Assembly: GCA_038322675.1 (NCBI GenBank) | Contig: JBBQGE010000020.1 | Span: 18,020 to 82,019 of the forward strand | Origin: Bryobacterales bacterium | Lineage (GTDB): Bacteria; Acidobacteriota; Terriglobia; Bryobacterales; Bryobacteraceae | Direction: 5' to 3' | DNA: 64,000 nt | Shown here: positions 60,506-64,000 of the stretch, in pieces | Layout: each line of letters begins with the position of its first letter | Numbering within the stretch: position 1 is the first letter of the stretch | Notes under the pieces: generated by a model | The model's input: only the letters and a program-made list of their open reading frames with translations | Databases searched by the model: none | What the model was told of the DNA's origin: nothing | Program-made: the position numbers and the translations under genes

Positions 60506-61432
60506 ATGAGCGAATCAGCGATTGAGGTTCGGGGACTCCGCAAATCCTACGATGCGTTCGAGGCCGTTCGCGGCATCGATTTCGAAGTGGGCCAGGGAGA
60601 GGTCTTCGGACTGCTCGGTCCCAACGGTGCCGGCAAGACCACCACCGTCGAGATTCTCGAGGGACTCCGCCCGCGCACCCAGGGCCATGTCTCCGTCCTT
60701 GGATACGACCCCGGCGTCCAGGTGAACGATCTGAAGCAGCGGATCGGCGTCTGTCTGCAGGCGACGAACCTTCCCGAAAAGATCACGGTCCGCGAAGCTC
60801 TCGCCCTGTTCTCGGCCTTCTACAAACGCACGATCGATCGCGATCAGCTTCTGAAACGGCTCCAGCTCTGGGAGAAGCGCAACGTCTACTACACGACTCT
60901 GTCCGGCGGACAGAAGCAGCGGGTCGCGTTGGCCCTCGCGCTTCTCAACGATCCCCAACTCCTGTTTCTCGACGAACCGACCACCGGCCTCGACCCCCAG
61001 GTCCGCCTCGAAATCCATAGCCTCATCCAGGAATTGAAGGACGCCAAACGCACCATCGTGCTCACCACACACTACATCGAAGAAGCCGAGCGCCTGTGCG
61101 ACCGCGTCGCCATCATCGACGAAGGCAAGATCATCGCGATGGGCACCCCTCGGGAAATCCAGGCGCAGACCATCGGGCAATCGAGAGTGGAGGTCACGGC
61201 CAGCGCGCCGCTGCCGGAAGATGGTCTGCCTTCGTTCACATCCGTCGCCCAACCGGTTTTCTCCACCGATCGCACCGGAATCGTCCTCGGCTCCCCGCAT
61301 CCCGGCCGCACGCTGGTGGAAGTGATCAAGTGGATCGATCATGCCGGACTTGAAGTCACCGACGTTCACCTGAAACGCCCGACTCTCGAGGACGTATTCA
61401 TCGAACTTACTGGAAAGAAGTTGAGGGACTGA
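60506..61432 (+). CDS. ABC transporter ATP-binding protein (ABC-2/DrrA-like exporter type)
   Basis: Walker A GPNGAGKTT, signature LSGGQKQR, Walker B LLFLDEPTTGLD, and H-loop TTHY. Confidence 0.93.
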   Translation: MSESAIEVRGLRKSYDAFEAVRGIDFEVGQGEVFGLLGPNGAGKTTTVEILEGLRPRTQGHVSVLGYDPGVQVNDLKQRIGVCLQATNLPEKITVREALALFSAFYKRTIDRDQLLKRLQLWEKRNVYYTTLSGGQKQRVALALALLNDPQLLFLDEPTTGLDPQVRLEIHSLIQELKDAKRTIVLTTHYIEEAERLCDRVAIIDEGKIIAMGTPREIQAQTIGQSRVEVTASAPLPEDGLPSFTSVAQPVFSTDRTGIVLGSPHPGRTLVEVIKWIDHAGLEVTDVHLKRPTLEDVFIELTGKKLRD

Positions 61433-61433
61433 C

Positions 61434-63647
61434 ATGAACAGCTATCTCGCACTAATTCAAACCTATCTGCGCCTTACCATTCGCGACCGTGCCGCGCTGT
61501 TCTTCAGCTACTTCATGCCGCTGATCTTCTTCTTCATATTCAGCCAGATGATGCATGCCGAGCGCGGCACGGCCATGCTGGTGGTGAACATGGTGCTGAC
61601 TCTCGGCATCCTGGGAACCGGCCTGTTCGGCGCGGGCATGCGCGCCACCGTCGATCGCGAAACCAATATCCTCCGCCGCTTCAAGGTGGCTCCCATCAGC
61701 CCGGCCCCGATGCTGGTGGCGTCGATGGTGGTCGGTCTGTTCAACTTCATCCCGATTTATCTGCTGGTGCTGGTGCTGGCCAATCGTCTGTACGGCATGC
61801 CGATGCCGTCCAACATGATTTCGCTCACGCTGTTCGTCATGGCCGGCGTGCTGGCATTCCGCGCCATCGGACTGATGATTGCGGCCGTCGCTAACTCGAC
61901 CCAGGAAGCCCAGATCCTGATTCAGAGCCTCTACATGCCGATGCTGTTCCTCAGCGGCGCCACCATCCCCGTCACCATCATGCCGGAGTGGGTGCAGACG
62001 GTCGCGCAGTACCTTCCCGCCACGCATCTGTTCGTCGGAATGCAATCGATACTCGGCGGCGGCGAACCGCTATCTCACAACCTGGCCGCGCTCGGTGCTC
62101 TGGTGCTCACGGTTTTGGTCAGTTTCTTCGTTGGGGTCAAACTCTTTCGTTGGGAGAAGGGCGAGAAGTTATCGAACGCCTCTAAGTTATGGGTGGTCGC
62201 CGTACTCGCGCCGTTCGTCCTGATGGGCATGTACCAGACCCGGACCAAGGACAACATCGTCAAGAACCGGGTCTTCGATCGCGAACTCAGCCGTCGAGTT
62301 ACCTACTTAGTGAGGAACGTCCGCATCTTCACGGGCGACGGCACCGTCATCGAGAACGGCGGCGTGCTGGTGCGCGAGGGGCATATCGCCGAGATCTGCA
62401 CGGGCGACCCACCGTCGGCGAAGGACCTGAAGGCGACTGAAATCGAGGGTGCGGGCAAAACCCTCCTGCCCGGACTCATCGATGTTCACGTGCACCTCGG
62501 CGCCCCTGGCGGATTTTATGCAAAACCGGAAGATTACCGCGCAGCCTCCGGCTTTCGCCGCCCGCTAGAAGCGTACCTGTACAGCGGTGTGACAGCCGTG
62601 AAGAGCGCGGGCGACGCCACTGGCATGGCTCTGGACGAACGCAATAATATCCGCAACGGTACCGATCTCGGTGCGGAGTTATTCATATCCGGTCCGCTGT
62701 TCACCGCCGAGGGCGGCCACGGCACCGAATACCTCAAGATGGATTTCATCAAGAACATGCCCGAGAGCGCGCGCAAGGCCATGCTGGAGGATTTCGTTCG
62801 CACTCCGAAGACTCCGCAGGAGGCCGCCGATCAGGTGGCGGCGCTCGCCGGGCGTGGTGTCGATGCCATCAAAGCCGTGATGGAGGCAGGGACTCCCGGC
62901 ATGCTCTTCAATCGCATGGATGCGTCCATCCTCAACGCGATCGTGACGGCCGCGCACCAGCATCATCTGCCGGCCTCCGTGCACACAGGCGACATTCAGG
63001 ATGTTACCGACGTCATCGCCGCGGGTGCCGATTCGGTGGAGCATGGTTCGGCGCGGCAAGCTATTCCCGCCGGCGTCTTCCGTCGCATGAAGGAGCGCGG
63101 TATCGCCTACGATCCGACCGTGGTTGTCTACGAAGACATGATGGATCTTGGATTGGGCAAGACCGATCCTCTCGACCGCTCGCTGGTGCAACAGGTGGGT
63201 CCGCCGAAACTCATCGCCGACACGAAGAAGTACATGCAATCACCCGCTGCAGCCAAGATACGTGAAAGTTTCGAAGGTAGTCACTTCAACCTCGACTTGG
63301 CAAATCAGAATCTGCTGGTGGCCTACCAGCAAGGGGTAACTCTGGTCACCGGGACCGACTCGGGCAACCCGCTCACCATCCACGGCCCCGCCATCCATCG
63401 CGAACTGCAGTTATGGGTGCAGGCCGGCATTCCGCCCGCCGCGGCACTGCAGGCCGCTACGTGGAATGCTGCGAAACTGCTGCACGCCTCCGATCGAATC
63501 GGGCTGATTCACAAGGGTTACGAGGCCAGTTTCATCCTGGTGGATGGGAATCCGCTGAAGGATATCAATGCTACTGAGCGCCTCTCCAGCGTGTTCTTCA
63601 AAGGCGAACACATTCGCCGTCAGGATCTGTTCGACGACGAGAGGTAG
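61434..63647 (+). CDS. Fusion protein: ABC-2 type permease (N-terminal ~260 aa) + amidohydrolase-superfamily domain (C-terminal ~470 aa)
   Basis: Starts 1 nt after the ATPase stop. I count 7 hydrophobic segments, followed by amidohydrolase motifs: GLIDVHVHLG (HxH), SVHTGD, SVEHGS and TGTDSGNP. Confidence 0.85.
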   Translation: MNSYLALIQTYLRLTIRDRAALFFSYFMPLIFFFIFSQMMHAERGTAMLVVNMVLTLGILGTGLFGAGMRATVDRETNILRRFKVAPISPAPMLVASMVVGLFNFIPIYLLVLVLANRLYGMPMPSNMISLTLFVMAGVLAFRAIGLMIAAVANSTQEAQILIQSLYMPMLFLSGATIPVTIMPEWVQTVAQYLPATHLFVGMQSILGGGEPLSHNLAALGALVLTVLVSFFVGVKLFRWEKGEKLSNASKLWVVAVLAPFVLMGMYQTRTKDNIVKNRVFDRELSRRVTYLVRNVRIFTGDGTVIENGGVLVREGHIAEICTGDPPSAKDLKATEIEGAGKTLLPGLIDVHVHLGAPGGFYAKPEDYRAASGFRRPLEAYLYSGVTAVKSAGDATGMALDERNNIRNGTDLGAELFISGPLFTAEGGHGTEYLKMDFIKNMPESARKAMLEDFVRTPKTPQEAADQVAALAGRGVDAIKAVMEAGTPGMLFNRMDASILNAIVTAAHQHHLPASVHTGDIQDVTDVIAAGADSVEHGSARQAIPAGVFRRMKERGIAYDPTVVVYEDMMDLGLGKTDPLDRSLVQQVGPPKLIADTKKYMQSPAAAKIRESFEGSHFNLDLANQNLLVAYQQGVTLVTGTDSGNPLTIHGPAIHRELQLWVQAGIPPAAALQAATWNAAKLLHASDRIGLIHKGYEASFILVDGNPLKDINATERLSSVFFKGEHIRRQDLFDDER

Positions 63648-63761
63648 CCGGCATCCGCATATGTTCTCGGTGCGCATCCACCACTGCCCGTTCCCGGCCC
63701 CTCGTGACGCCGCCACCGACTCGTGCTACGAGGCTACGATTGAAAAGAGGGTAAAGGAACT

Positions 63762-64000
63762 ATGGCAACTCTCGACTGGTCTCAATGTCCCGCCGTGGAG
63801 AGCATGCCCGGCAAGGTCAGCGGCGCGTGGGTTCTCAAGGGAACCCGGATGCCGGTGTCCGCTATCTTTGAAAACATTGAAGCGGGCGCGAATATCGACG
63901 ACATCATGGAATGGTTCGACGGGCTTGACCGCGAGCAGGTGAAAGCCGTGATTGAGTTCGCCGCCCGCAGCCTTGACAGGCCGCCGGTTCTCGCCCCGTA
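63762..64000 (+). CDS. DUF433 domain-containing protein (3' end beyond window)
   Basis: My own translation from ATG 63762, after AAGAGGGTAAAGGA: MATLDWSQCPAVESMPGKVSGAWVLKGTRMPVSAIFENIEAGANIDDIMEWFDGLDREQVKAVIEF. The KGTR.PV....N.......I...F pattern is typical of DUF433. The frame is open to the window end, which is why it is absent from the ORF track. Confidence 0.75.
   Translation, partial: MATLDWSQCPAVESMPGKVSGAWVLKGTRMPVSAIFENIEAGANIDDIMEWFDGLDREQVKAVIEFAARSLDRPPVLAP

Overview
High-GC bacterial chromosomal segment, densely packed on both strands. The protein signatures suggest Acidobacteriota (Solibacter/Bryobacter-like): a CarboxypepD_reg-type TonB-dependent receptor, a DUF1080 protein and many Sec/Tat-exported hydrolases. 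That taxonomic call is inference only. I support about 52 protein-coding genes, 2 probable pseudogenes, 2 tandem-repeat regions and 2 hairpin terminators. I saw no rRNA, tRNA, CRISPR array, transposase, integrase or prophage block. Content from left to right: clpP (5' partial), an SDR, a TonB-dependent receptor, an acyltransferase-3, lptD, an RDD protein and an MFS transporter. Next is a chemosensory cluster, mcp-cheW-cheR-cheD-cheB-cheA (11.5-19.1 kb), followed by serA and a class-V aminotransferase, yqeY, a frameshifted epimerase, an OPT transporter, deoC, a GAF-GAF-PP2C phosphatase and lysA. Then come a secreted tail-fibre-like protein, a DUF1080-PHP fusion, rmuC, a GH42 beta-galactosidase, an LssY-like/hydrolase pair, galT, rarA, trmH-like, DUF218, a PAS histidine kinase, glpD and PBP1A. 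After those are a beta-carbonic anhydrase with a decayed SulP remnant, an L,D-transpeptidase, an M23 peptidase, a YHS protein, a TIM-barrel isomerase and an AI-2E transporter. The right end holds a tightly coupled four-gene operon (TadZ/CpaE-like, class-IV aminotransferase, SagB-type dehydrogenase, 92-aa orphan), an HD-GYP/GAF/GGDEF membrane protein, an ABC ATPase with an ABC-2 permease-amidohydrolase fusion, and a DUF433 gene cut by the window edge. Most of the window is ordinary core genome. The points most worth a second look are: (1) 4.5 degenerate head-to-tail copies of the cheA 3' terminus filling the cheA/serA gap; (2) a transmembrane-less MCP with three tandem 270-bp repeats, in a cheY-less cluster; (3) the TadZ-like/SagB-like/orphan operon; (4) the permease-amidohydrolase fusion. 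No claim here rests on a database search. All family calls come from motifs read in the supplied translations.
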